62,771 bases of DNA from Candidatus Omnitrophota bacterium (GTDB lineage Bacteria; Omnitrophota; Gorgyraeia; DAOVKU01), in assembly GCA_043822625.1 (NCBI GenBank), contig JBDRBQ010000111.1, forward strand, positions 1 to 62,771, written 5' to 3'. Shown one piece after another: positions 50,386-60,277 of this stretch. Numbering within the stretch: the first letter of the stretch is position 1; the number at the start of each line of letters is the position of its first letter. The notes beneath the pieces are model-generated. The model made no database searches. It was not told the DNA's origin and saw only the letters and a program-made list of their open reading frames with translations. Made by a program: the position numbers and the translations under genes.

Positions 50386-51066
50386 ATGGCAAGAAAAATA
50401 AGGTATATTTATCCTAAACTTCCTCACCATGCATTGCAACGGGGAAACAATCGCCAACCAATCTTTTTTGATAAAGAAGACAGAATATGTTTTCTATCAA
50501 ACCTTAAAAAATTTAGCACTAAAACAGGAGTTGTTGTTGGTGCATATTGTTTAATGACGAACCATTTTCATCTCTTGTTATATCCAAATGTTCGGGAAGA
50601 ATTAATCGAAATGATGAAATATATTGCGCAACAGCATACGCAGTATATCAATCGCAAATATGGCAGGAGCGGAAAGTTGTGGGAGAATCGCTATAAATTG
50701 AATATAGTAGAGCCAGAATATGAATGGGTTATAGCCAGATACATAGAGCAGAATCCTGTAAGAGCAGGGATGGTGAAGGAGGCAGGAGAATATAAGTATT
50801 CAAGTGCTCGAGCGCATATGAATGGGGAATTTGATGAAATGCTTGGGAAAGATATTATAGGAAAAAGAAGAGAAGAATATTGTGAGTTTATAAAGGAGAT
50901 TAAGGATAACGAGAGGGAGCGGTTAAGTCAAATACGGGCAACGATACAACAAGAGAAGGCATTAGGGGGGCAAGATTTTATGGAGCGCTTGCAAGAAATG
51001 TTTGGAGTGTCATTTCAAGCAAGAGGAAAGGGCAGGCCGGCAAAATCAAACAATGAAAATAAATAG
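50386..51066 (+). CDS. REP-associated tyrosine transposase / IS200-like HUH transposase (Y1_Tnp)
   Basis: 226 aa. PHHALQRGNNRQPIFF, the HUH motif CLMTNHFHLLLYP, W.NRY, and catalytic-Tyr context YKYSSARAH. Confidence 0.8.
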   Translation: MARKIRYIYPKLPHHALQRGNNRQPIFFDKEDRICFLSNLKKFSTKTGVVVGAYCLMTNHFHLLLYPNVREELIEMMKYIAQQHTQYINRKYGRSGKLWENRYKLNIVEPEYEWVIARYIEQNPVRAGMVKEAGEYKYSSARAHMNGEFDEMLGKDIIGKRREEYCEFIKEIKDNERERLSQIRATIQQEKALGGQDFMERLQEMFGVSFQARGKGRPAKSNNENK

Positions 51067-51152
51067 GTGTGACCCCATTGGGGGGGGGATAAACCTGCTG
51101 GCAGGCAAGACCACCGTTCGCCTATTATATAATAGAGGATAAAAAGCAAAAA

Positions 51153-51938
51153 ATGCGGAATTTGATTGAAGTAAGAAATTTAATGAAAGAATTTCAGATT
51201 AAAAAAGGTTTATTTGGACCTCAATTAGAGGTTGTTAAAGCTGTAGATGGAGTGTCTTTTTCTATTGCTAAAGGAGAATCTTTCGGATTGGTCGGTGAAT
51301 CCGGCTGTGGGAAAACCACGACGGCTCGTTTGATTTTAGGATTATTGGATCCTGATGGCGGAGAAGTATCGATTGAAGGAATTAAATTGCGCAAACAAAC
51401 TTTACCGGCTGTAAGAAAGAAAATGCAGGTTGTTTTTCAGGACCCGTTTTCTTCGCTTAATCCAAGATGGAAAGTGGAAAATATAATTGCTGAAGGCATA
51501 AGAGAAAAATTATCCAGCGCGGAAAAAGCTTCTAAAGTTGAACGTTTGCTCGAAATGACTGGAATGGACAGAAAAGATAAGACAAAATATCCTCATCAAT
51601 TCAGCGGGGGACAGCGGCAGAGAATAGGCATAGCCAGAGCGCTGGCATCGGAACCGGAATTCATTGTTTTGGATGAGCCGGTTTCAAGTTTAGACGTATC
51701 CATTCAGGCGCAAGTTCTTAATTTACTTAAAGATTTGCAAAAAGAATTAAATCTCACGTTTCTTTTTATTTCTCATGACTTGAGTGTGGTGGAATATTTT
51801 TGCGATAGAATAGCGGTTATGCGAAGCGGCCGGATTGTAGAAGAAGCCGGTACAGGGGTTCTTTTCGAAAATCCCAGGGATCCCTACACAAAATTGCTTA
51901 TTTCATCTATACAATCAACTATGTTGCTTTTTTTTTGA
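51153..51938 (+). CDS. ABC transporter ATP-binding protein (OppF/DppF-like)
   Basis: 261 aa. [17 protein letters not shown] and FIVLDEPVSSLD. Confidence 0.9.
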   Translation: MRNLIEVRNLMKEFQIKKGLFGPQLEVVKAVDGVSFSIAKGESFGLVGESGCGKTTTARLILGLLDPDGGEVSIEGIKLRKQTLPAVRKKMQVVFQDPFSSLNPRWKVENIIAEGIREKLSSAEKASKVERLLEMTGMDRKDKTKYPHQFSGGQRQRIGIARALASEPEFIVLDEPVSSLDVSIQAQVLNLLKDLQKELNLTFLFISHDLSVVEYFCDRIAVMRSGRIVEEAGTGVLFENPRDPYTKLLISSIQSTMLLFF

Positions 51939-52024
51939 AAATGCGTTAAAATTATACTGATTAGATTTGTGTAATAATTGACAAGAAACAGTTTTTTTAC
52001 TGAATAACTGAAAGAGGATAAAAA

Positions 52025-53827
52025 ATGGACATAAATTCTTTGAAAACGTTTTTAAAAACATTGCGACAAGGACTTGAAAATTTTTTTCGGGAAAAGATTA
52101 AATCTTTTGAGAATAAGAATGTCCGAAAAACAGACGATGAAAAACGGCGGTATATAAGACTTTCTACCATTCTTCCAATAACTTACCAAATTATCCATTC
52201 TGAAACAAAAAAACCTTTAGATAAGATAAATCAGGCTTTTACCAGGGATATCAGTGAAGGCGGCATGAGTCTTGAAATAAATGATTTAAAGGATATCTAT
52301 GTTAAAAATCTTAAAAGCGGGGAAGCTGAAGTGTCTCTAACTATTGAGGTGCCTTTTTCTAAGAAACCGGTGGCGGCGCGAGCTAAGGCAATGTGGGTTA
52401 AAGAGATAAAAGAAGCGTATCCCAATAAATATATTCTCGGTATAAATTACGAAGATATTTCAGAGCCCGAGAGGAAAAAAATTTTTAAGTTCGCGCGTTT
52501 TTCTTTCTGGCGTCCGAAAATTGTAACTTTAATAATCTGCGTTCTTATCGTGGCGGCTTTATTCGCTGGATATAGAGTATATCTTGAAAGAGAAGCTAAA
52601 GAAACGGTGCAAAAAACGGTGGATGTTCTCCAGAGAGAAAAGCTTCTTGGAAAACAGATAGCAGAGCTTAACGACGCTAAAAGCAGAGTAGAAGAAGAAT
52701 TACTTAAAGCTACGAATGAACAATTGAGTATAGAACAGCAAATAACGGCATTATCCGAAGAAGAAGCTAATCAGGTACTAAAAGAAGAGCTTGAAAAAAA
52801 ACTTGAAGATTATAAATCTATGACTTCTTCTTTACAAACGGAATTGACGGCTATTATAAATAAACTGGAATTATTGAATAAAGAACTGGGGGAATTAAAG
52901 GGTGAGATTTCAGAACAGCTGGAAATGGCGGCAAGAGTGAGGGTTGTGTCTGTAAAAAAAGAAAATTTTGAAGATGTTTTACCTGCTATGGGGACTATAC
53001 GCGGTTATGTGGAAACAGACCTTAAATTCGGTATAAACGGTAGCATACAAAGTTTTAATTTTAATAGCGGTGATAGAGTTGAGAAAGGTGAAGTGATCGC
53101 GACTTTAGAACAGCAGGATGCTTTGATTAAACAAGAGTATGCTCAGCTTAAGTTGGAAGAATATCAAAAGTTGTATGATATAGGCGCTATCACCGAATCG
53201 AAATTAAAGCAAGTTCAGTTGGAATCGGAACTCGCGAAATTAGAGCTTGAGAAAACTACGTTGAGGGCTCCTTTTAACGGAGTTATCAATAATAGAGAAG
53301 CGGAACAGGGAAAATTCATTACTATCAATGATAGGATAGCTACTTTTTCAAGTATAGACGAAGTAGTGGCGGAAATAGGGATTATAGAAAAAGATATCGA
53401 AAAAATAAAATTAGGACAAAAAGTGTTGATAAAGGTGGACGCTTATCAGAATATGGAATTTGAAGGAGCGGTAGATAATATTTCTTCGTCTTTTGAAGGT
53501 AAAAGCAGGACATTGACGATAAGGATAAAGATACCCAATCAAAAAGATTTATTACTGCCGGGTATGTTCGCGAGAGTAATAGTTTATGTGTATCAGAAAG
53601 AAAACGCGGTGCTTATACCGTTGATGTCTCTGGAAAAAGAAGCAGGGGAATATCAGGTTTTTGTTGCCACAAAAGATTTTAAGGCTGAATTGAGAACGGT
53701 AGAAGTGGATTACATCGGTTCGGAAAGTGTTGTCGTAAAAAGCGGTGTAGAGGAGAATGAATTGATAATAGTCGAAAAAACTAAAGAGATTAAAGACGGA
53801 GACACGATAGAAATAATGAAAGAATAA
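52025..53827 (+). CDS. PilZ domain - TM - coiled coil - RND/HlyD-type membrane fusion protein (Alg44-like architecture)
   Basis: 600 aa. N-terminal PilZ motifs RRYIR (aa 41-45, RxxxR) and DISEGG (aa 75-80, D/NxSxxG). One TM (about aa 170-195). A long coiled coil. MFP lipoyl/beta-barrel signatures (GEVIATLE, LRAPFNGVI, GMFARV). Confidence 0.75.
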   Translation: MDINSLKTFLKTLRQGLENFFREKIKSFENKNVRKTDDEKRRYIRLSTILPITYQIIHSETKKPLDKINQAFTRDISEGGMSLEINDLKDIYVKNLKSGEAEVSLTIEVPFSKKPVAARAKAMWVKEIKEAYPNKYILGINYEDISEPERKKIFKFARFSFWRPKIVTLIICVLIVAALFAGYRVYLEREAKETVQKTVDVLQREKLLGKQIAELNDAKSRVEEELLKATNEQLSIEQQITALSEEEANQVLKEELEKKLEDYKSMTSSLQTELTAIINKLELLNKELGELKGEISEQLEMAARVRVVSVKKENFEDVLPAMGTIRGYVETDLKFGINGSIQSFNFNSGDRVEKGEVIATLEQQDALIKQEYAQLKLEEYQKLYDIGAITESKLKQVQLESELAKLELEKTTLRAPFNGVINNREAEQGKFITINDRIATFSSIDEVVAEIGIIEKDIEKIKLGQKVLIKVDAYQNMEFEGAVDNISSSFEGKSRTLTIRIKIPNQKDLLLPGMFARVIVYVYQKENAVLIPLMSLEKEAGEYQVFVATKDFKAELRTVEVDYIGSESVVVKSGVEENELIIVEKTKEIKDGDTIEIMKE

Positions 53828-53909
53828 AATATTATAGTGTCAAAAGATGAATAGAAACCAATAATCAGTTGTTTGAAACCGGAAACAAAACTTATAATAT
53901 TGTGAATGT

Positions 53910-53940
53910 CCCATTTCCCACCTACGGGGTTGGAAATGGG
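53910..53940. repeat. 31-nt GC-rich hairpin, copy 2 of 2 (30/31 identical to 941-971)
   Basis: CCCATTTCCCACC-TACGG-GGTTGGAAATGGG. It lies just upstream of the first RND gene and supplies the false ATG at 53906. Confidence 0.7.
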
Positions 53941-53959
53941 ATATAGTGAGATCAGTCTT

Positions 53960-56900
53960 ATGAATTTAGCCCATTTTTCTATAAAAAGACCCGTAACGAC
54001 GGTAATGATATTTTTGGCGTTGCTCTTGCTTGGAATAATTTCCTGGCAGCGCCTCCCGCAGGAATTATTCCCCCCTGTTACTTATCCTAAGTTAACCATA
54101 TCTACTGCTTATCAAAACGCGGCGCCTGAGGAAATAGAGACCTTAATTACTAAACCCCTTGAAGAAGTAGTGGGTACGGTAAGCGGCTTAAAGAGAATAA
54201 CTTCCGTTTCAAAAGAAGGGCTGTCTTTGATAACCATAGAATTTTCATGGGGAACGAATATGGATTTCGCTTCTTTGAATGTGCGTGAAAAAATAGATTT
54301 GGTTAAAGAACGCCTTCCGCGTGAAGCCGAAGATCCGATTATTATGAAATTCAATCCTTTCGAACTCCCTGTCGTGATTTTAAGCGTTACACAGTCTGAG
54401 GAAAGTAGCAGGGAAAGTAAAGAATTCCAACAAGCTGAGTTGTTGAGGCTTTCACGTAAATATATTAAGGACGAACTCGAAAAAGTAAATGGTGTCGCTT
54501 ACGCGCGCATTACCGGCGGAATTGAACGGCAAATATCGATTAAACTTGATCAGGGCAGGCTGTTTGCTTCGAATATATCTATTTTAGACGTGGTGGAAGC
54601 GTTGCGCCAGTCAAATTTGAATTATCCTGCAGGCAGTTTTAAAGGGGATTTTTATGAATATTTAATCAGGACTATAGGAGAATTTGAGAAAATTTCGGAT
54701 ATAGAAGGTGTTCCCGTTAGTTTGGATGAATTTAAAAATTATTCTAAAATTATGGAAACGCAGGGACAACAGGAAAAATCAGGTCAGAGGCGATTGATTT
54801 TTCTTTCCGACGTGGGAGAAGTGGATAACGGTTATAAAGAAGTTACCAGTTTTTCGAGATATAACGGCAAAGATAATGTGGCTATTTCCGTTTTCAAACA
54901 ATCCGGTTTTAATACGGTCGCGGCTTCCAAAAACGTTAAGTATGCTATTGAAAAATTAAAAGAAACTTTACCAAAAGGAATTTCCGTAAAAATAATATAC
55001 GATCAGGCGGCTTTTATAAAAAGTTCCATTAACGGCGTCAAGAACGCCGGTATCATGGGCGGCATTTTGGCTTTTATGGTGTTAATGCTTTTTTTGCAGA
55101 ATTACCGTAGTTCCGTGATTATCGTGGTAGCGATTCCTATTTCAATTCTGGTGGTTTTTAGTTTGATGTATATGCAGGGAATAAGTCTCAACATAATTTC
55201 ACTGGGAGGACTCGCGCTGGGAATAGGTATGCTGGTGGACAATTCCATAGTAGTTATCGAAAATATCTTTCGTTATAGAGAAAAAACCCAAGATTCCAAG
55301 TTGGCCGCTGTCGAGGGGAGTAAGGAAGTTACCGGAGCTATTACTTCTTCTACTTTAACCAGCGTCGCTGTTTTTATTCCCATGATATTTGTTATCGGTA
55401 TCGCCGGTCAGTTATTTAAAGAATTGGCTTTTACGGTTACTTTTTCTTTGTTGGCGTCTTTGATGGTAGCATTGACGCTGGTCCCGCTTTTATGCGCGGG
55501 AAAGGGAAGTCATAACTATGGCGCGGTTGAAGAAAAAAAATCAGGTATTTTCGTGTCTTTCTTTGAAAAAATAGAAAATAGTTATGCCCGGTTTTTGGAA
55601 AGGTTTTTGAAAGCAAGAAAAAAAGGATTATGGATAATTTTTATCGTTTTTTTGCTTAGTTTACTTATTTTCTTAGTGTTGGATAAAGAACTTATGCCTA
55701 AAATAGATGAAGGACAGTTTACCGTAAAAATAGATATGCCCGCGGGGACACTGCTTGAAATAACCGACACGACAGCTAGAAAAATAGAAGAATCGTTGAT
55801 AAGTGACAAAAATATAAAAGATGTGATGGTTAACGTAGGTTCTTCGGGAGCGGAAAAAGTCGGTGAAAGCCTGGCTTCTCATCAGGCTGAAATTTTAGTG
55901 AATTTACAGGAAAAACGAAAAATTTCCACCAGTGATTTTATGACACAAGTGAAAGAAAAAATAGAGAGATTGGAATTAAGAGCCGATACTATAGAATACA
56001 GTGTTCGAGGGAATATCCTTACAGCTTCCAACGAAGAGAGCGCCCCTGTTATTATCGAGATAAAGGGTGAGAATTTGCAGGAACTAAATTCATTGGCTAA
56101 AGAGGTTCAAAAAAATATCAAAGGGATAGAAGGTGTTTACGGAATCAAGAACAGCATGGAGGCAAATTCTCCGGAAACAGAAGTTTCTATCATTAAAGAT
56201 AAAGCGTGGTTGTATGATTTGTCGGCGGCAGATATAGCCAGAATTGTTCAGGTCGCCGTAAAGGGATATGTTGCTACTAAGTTTAAGGAAGATGGGGAGG
56301 AAATAGATATCAGGGTAATGCTTGATTTGAAAGATAGAAAAGATACCTCTGCTCTTGAGCGGTTGATAGTACATACACCCTTAGAAGTGGACATTCCCTT
56401 AAAAGAAGTTGCCGTAGTTTCGCAGGGAAAAGGCCCCAGTGCCATAAAAAGAATGGATAGAGAAAGAACGATTATAATTTCGGCTAATTTGGCTGGTAAA
56501 AAATTAAGCAAGGCTACTAAGGAAATAGAGAGTAAATTAAAAAATATTGAGGAGCCGGCAGGCTATAGCATAAATTTTGGCGGAGAAAATAAGGAAATGA
56601 AAGAATCTTTTGCCAGCCTAAGATTCGCCTTAATTTTATCTATTGTTTTGATTTACATGATTATGGCCGCTCAATTCGAATCCTTATGGCAACCTTTTAT
56701 TATTATGGTTACCGTGCCCTTGTCTATAATCGGTGTGGCTGTGGCCCTCTTAATAAGTAATACTTCAGTTAATGTAATAGTTCTTTTAGGTATGATTGTA
56801 TTGGGGGGAATAGTAGTTAATAACGGAATTGTTTTGATTAATTATATTAATATTTTAGTGAGAGAGCGAAATATGCCGATTTACGAAGCCGCTATTGAGG

Positions 56901-57121
56901 CGAGCCGTGTTCGCTTAAGACCTATTTTAATGACGGCTTTAACGACTATTTTAGGGTTAACTCCGTTAGCTTTTAAAATAGGCGATAAGAGCGGTTTGCA
57001 GTCTCCGATGGCGGTTGCCGTAATGGGTGGATTATCCGTGTCTACTTTTCTGACTTTGCTGGTAGTGCCCGCGATATATATGATTATTGCCGAAAAAATG
57101 GAAGTGAAAAGTAATAAATAA
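53960..57121 (+). CDS. Efflux RND transporter permease subunit (AcrB/HAE-like)
   Basis: Start taken at ATG 53960 (MNLAHFSIKRPV). About 1053 aa with 12-TM/2-loop topology. LGGLALGIGMLVDNSIVVIEN, and the C-terminal repeat of the same motif context (GGIVVNNGIVLI). Confidence 0.9.
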   Translation: MNLAHFSIKRPVTTVMIFLALLLLGIISWQRLPQELFPPVTYPKLTISTAYQNAAPEEIETLITKPLEEVVGTVSGLKRITSVSKEGLSLITIEFSWGTNMDFASLNVREKIDLVKERLPREAEDPIIMKFNPFELPVVILSVTQSEESSRESKEFQQAELLRLSRKYIKDELEKVNGVAYARITGGIERQISIKLDQGRLFASNISILDVVEALRQSNLNYPAGSFKGDFYEYLIRTIGEFEKISDIEGVPVSLDEFKNYSKIMETQGQQEKSGQRRLIFLSDVGEVDNGYKEVTSFSRYNGKDNVAISVFKQSGFNTVAASKNVKYAIEKLKETLPKGISVKIIYDQAAFIKSSINGVKNAGIMGGILAFMVLMLFLQNYRSSVIIVVAIPISILVVFSLMYMQGISLNIISLGGLALGIGMLVDNSIVVIENIFRYREKTQDSKLAAVEGSKEVTGAITSSTLTSVAVFIPMIFVIGIAGQLFKELAFTVTFSLLASLMVALTLVPLLCAGKGSHNYGAVEEKKSGIFVSFFEKIENSYARFLERFLKARKKGLWIIFIVFLLSLLIFLVLDKELMPKIDEGQFTVKIDMPAGTLLEITDTTARKIEESLISDKNIKDVMVNVGSSGAEKVGESLASHQAEILVNLQEKRKISTSDFMTQVKEKIERLELRADTIEYSVRGNILTASNEESAPVIIEIKGENLQELNSLAKEVQKNIKGIEGVYGIKNSMEANSPETEVSIIKDKAWLYDLSAADIARIVQVAVKGYVATKFKEDGEEIDIRVMLDLKDRKDTSALERLIVHTPLEVDIPLKEVAVVSQGKGPSAIKRMDRERTIIISANLAGKKLSKATKEIESKLKNIEEPAGYSINFGGENKEMKESFASLRFALILSIVLIYMIMAAQFESLWQPFIIMVTVPLSIIGVAVALLISNTSVNVIVLLGMIVLGGIVVNNGIVLINYINILVRERNMPIYEAAIEASRVRLRPILMTALTTILGLTPLAFKIGDKSGLQSPMAVAVMGGLSVSTFLTLLVVPAIYMIIAEKMEVKSNK

Positions 57122-57253
57122 TACCATATAAGTGTAGGGTGTCTGCCAACTTTTGGATTGCTTTTGGTATGGTCTCCAGCCGTGATATATTCTTATGATT
57201 TTTAACGGACAGGCACAGAGGTCTGTTCTTACATATTTTCTTCGAGGTGAATC

Positions 57254-60200
57254 ATGTCTTTACCCCAGCTTGTTATCAAAAGACCGGTTTTAATTTTAAT
57301 GCTTTTTCTGGCAATTATGCTTATTGGAATAATTTCTTTAACCAGATTGCCCGTAGAGCTTTTACCGGATACCAGTCCTTCCAAGATAACCATAATAACC
57401 AACGTTCGCGGTGGTATTCCCCCTGTAGAAATAGAAAATAGTGTTACCCGGCTTATCGAAGAGGGTGTAAGCGATGTCAGTAATCTTCAGGAAATTGTTT
57501 CTACTTCGAAAGAAGGACGTTCTGTTGTAGTGGTTAGGTTCGAAGCCGGATCCAACATGGATTTCGCTGCTATGGAAATACGCGAGAGATATGACAGGAT
57601 AAAAAATAAATTGCCACGCGAAGTAGAAAGACCGGTAATTGCCAAATATGAAGAAAGCGATGAGCCCATTATAATTTTAGCCTTTACCAGTCAGAGATAC
57701 AGCACGGAATTTTTGAGAAAAATAGTTGATGAAGAAATTAAAGGACAACTTGAAAAAGTAAGTGGAGTAGCGAATATAGAAGTATACGGCGGCAGGGAAA
57801 GGAAAATTTTAGTAGAGGTGAGTCAGCCGCGGCTTCAGGCCATTAGCATGCCCCTGAGGCACGTTGTTAATATGCTTGGCGCGAGCAACTTAAACATTTT
57901 AGCCGGTGAAATCAAAAGGCATAGAGAGAAGTCGCTTATCAGGACTATGGGGGAGCTTAAAAATATTTCAGACATAGGTAATTTAGGAATAGCCATTTCA
58001 CTTAACGGTAATATAGTAAGGCTGAATGATATAGCGCGAATTGAGGATTCCTATCTTGAGGCAAGAAATATTGCCAGGGTCAATGAAAGACCAATGGTTA
58101 CTTTATATATTCAAAAAGAGAGTGGGGCGAATACCATAAAGGTAGCGGCTCTTATAAAGGAACAGCTTGAAATTATAAAGGGAAAAGTCGATAAAAGCAT
58201 TGAGATCTCTTACATTTCAGACCAAGCCGATTTTATAAAAGCGGCTATAAAGAATGTCAGAAACGCGCTTGTGTTAGGAGCCATTTTATCTTCGTTGTGT
58301 TTGTGGTTATTTTTAAGGAATGCCAGAGCCACTTTAGTTATAGCATTTTCCATTCCCTTATCGGTTATCGCGACTTTTAGTTTAATGTATTTAAGAGGGA
58401 TTACCCTTAACATTATGACCTTGAGCGGACTCGCGCTGGGAGTGGGTATGCTGGTCGATAACTCTATAGTAGTTATCGAAAACATAGTTCGAAAGAACGA
58501 AAAAGGTATTGAGCTTATTTCGGCCGTTGTATCGGGTTCCGAAGAGGTTTTGCTGGCTATTGTAGCTTCTACGTTTACTACGGTAGTTGTTTTCTCTCCG
58601 CTGGTTTTTGTAAGTAAAAATATTCAGATATTGTACAGTGGTTCGGCTTTGACCATTGTTTTCTCTTTATTAGCATCTTTGGTAGTCGCGATTCTTTTAA
58701 TCCCCATGCTGGCTTCCAAATTTAAAATTACAGGTATTAGAGAAAATAAAAGAAATAAATTAAAAAAGATTTATAGAAAATTTTTTATGTTTGTTTTTAG
58801 ACACAGGTTTAAATGTATTGCCGTTATTTTTGGTATTTTTATTCTGTCCGTGATTTTATTCACCCGGTTGGATAAAGAATTTATAAGTCCTTTTGAAGAA
58901 GGCAGGTTTACTATTTTCGCGAAGATGGAAGCGGGAGCAAAGTTGTCTTTAATAGACGATATGTCTAAGGAAGTTGAAAATGTAGTAAATAGTGTTCCCG
59001 AAGTTAGAACCATAACTTCCCACATCGAAGGGTGGTCTACGAGAGTTTATGTCACGTTGGTTCCCTTATATCAAAGAAAGAGAAGTGCCGAAGACATCAT
59101 TAACCGGTTAAGGCCGGAATTAAAGGAAATCGAACAAAAATATAAAGGCGGATTTATATATTTTTCGGAAGCGCAAGAAGCCGCTACGGCCAGAGAAGTA
59201 GTGGTAGATATCTTCGGTTATGATTATGATGTTATAGACAAACTTGTTTCTGAAGTAGGCGGGCGTATTTCCGAAATTGAGGGGATGGTAGATATAAAAA
59301 GGTCTATAGAAGAGGGCCGCCCGGAATTAAGGCTTATGGTAGATAGAGAAAAAGCCGCGCTTTTTGGATTTTCAGTAGGAGAAATTGCCGATATTCTTCA
59401 CGCGCAGATAAGAGGTTTAAGAGCGACTTACTATCGCACAGAGGGTAACGAAGTAGAAATTATCGTGCAGCTGGACGAGAAATATAGAGATACACTTGAA
59501 AAAATCAAAAAATTAACTTTGATAGGCAGTGAAGGACAGCAGGTATATTTAGACCAGCTTTGTTCTTTTACTTTCGGCATAGGACCGGCTGAAATATGGC
59601 GTAAAAATAAAAAAAGAATGATTCAGTTAAGCGCTACTTCTACGAAATTTTCTTTGGATAAAGTTACGAAGCGATTAAAAAATACACTTAGCACTATTTC
59701 TTTCCCAAAAGATTATTTTTATAAATTCGGCGGGACTTGCGAAATTATGCAAAAAAACAGAACAGAACTTATGTTTGCTTTGGTTTTGACGTTACTGCTC
59801 GTGTATATGATAATGGCGTCTCTTTACGAGTCCTATTATAAGCCGTTTATTATTATGTTTACGGTTCCTTTGGCAATGATAGGGGTAGTGACCGCTTTGA
59901 CTTTAACGCGTAAACCGGTTAACGTGGGGGTGGCTATAGGGGCGATGGTTTTGGGCGGAATTGTGGTTAATAACGCCATTATTTTGGTAGATCATATCGG
60001 GCTTATGAGAAAGAAAAATTTAAGTATTTTTAGGGCGGTTATTTCCGCGAGTCAGGACAGATTAAGACCGATTTTAATAACGAGCTTTACCACTATATTC
60101 GGTATGATGCCGCTTGCTTTTTCGAAGAGTGAAGGTTCGAGTTTGTGGGCGCCCTTGGGTATTACGGTGGTTTCCGGTATGATAAGTTCTACTTTTCTGA

Positions 60201-60277
60201 CGCTGTTTATAGTGCCTATTATTTATGTTTTTTTCGAAAATATAATAGTTGGATTTAAAAAAAGATATAAGAATTAG
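57254..60277 (+). CDS. Efflux RND transporter permease subunit (second, paralogous)
   Basis: 1007 aa. LVIKRPVLILM, LSGLALGVGMLVDNSIVVIEN and GGIVVNNAIILVD. Tandem with the previous gene. Confidence 0.9.
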   Translation: MSLPQLVIKRPVLILMLFLAIMLIGIISLTRLPVELLPDTSPSKITIITNVRGGIPPVEIENSVTRLIEEGVSDVSNLQEIVSTSKEGRSVVVVRFEAGSNMDFAAMEIRERYDRIKNKLPREVERPVIAKYEESDEPIIILAFTSQRYSTEFLRKIVDEEIKGQLEKVSGVANIEVYGGRERKILVEVSQPRLQAISMPLRHVVNMLGASNLNILAGEIKRHREKSLIRTMGELKNISDIGNLGIAISLNGNIVRLNDIARIEDSYLEARNIARVNERPMVTLYIQKESGANTIKVAALIKEQLEIIKGKVDKSIEISYISDQADFIKAAIKNVRNALVLGAILSSLCLWLFLRNARATLVIAFSIPLSVIATFSLMYLRGITLNIMTLSGLALGVGMLVDNSIVVIENIVRKNEKGIELISAVVSGSEEVLLAIVASTFTTVVVFSPLVFVSKNIQILYSGSALTIVFSLLASLVVAILLIPMLASKFKITGIRENKRNKLKKIYRKFFMFVFRHRFKCIAVIFGIFILSVILFTRLDKEFISPFEEGRFTIFAKMEAGAKLSLIDDMSKEVENVVNSVPEVRTITSHIEGWSTRVYVTLVPLYQRKRSAEDIINRLRPELKEIEQKYKGGFIYFSEAQEAATAREVVVDIFGYDYDVIDKLVSEVGGRISEIEGMVDIKRSIEEGRPELRLMVDREKAALFGFSVGEIADILHAQIRGLRATYYRTEGNEVEIIVQLDEKYRDTLEKIKKLTLIGSEGQQVYLDQLCSFTFGIGPAEIWRKNKKRMIQLSATSTKFSLDKVTKRLKNTLSTISFPKDYFYKFGGTCEIMQKNRTELMFALVLTLLLVYMIMASLYESYYKPFIIMFTVPLAMIGVVTALTLTRKPVNVGVAIGAMVLGGIVVNNAIILVDHIGLMRKKNLSIFRAVISASQDRLRPILITSFTTIFGMMPLAFSKSEGSSLWAPLGITVVSGMISSTFLTLFIVPIIYVFFENIIVGFKKRYKN

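Larger units (their letters stand above)
50326..51079 (+). mobile_element. HUH (Y1) transposase unit bounded by 20-bp perfect inverted repeats (RAYT/IS200-like)
   Basis: AATGGGGTCACACCTATTTA (50326-50345) is the exact reverse complement of 51060-51079. The unit interrupts the oppD-oppF junction. A 12-bp tandem duplication, GATAATGGGGTC x2, occupies 50311-50334. Confidence 0.6.
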
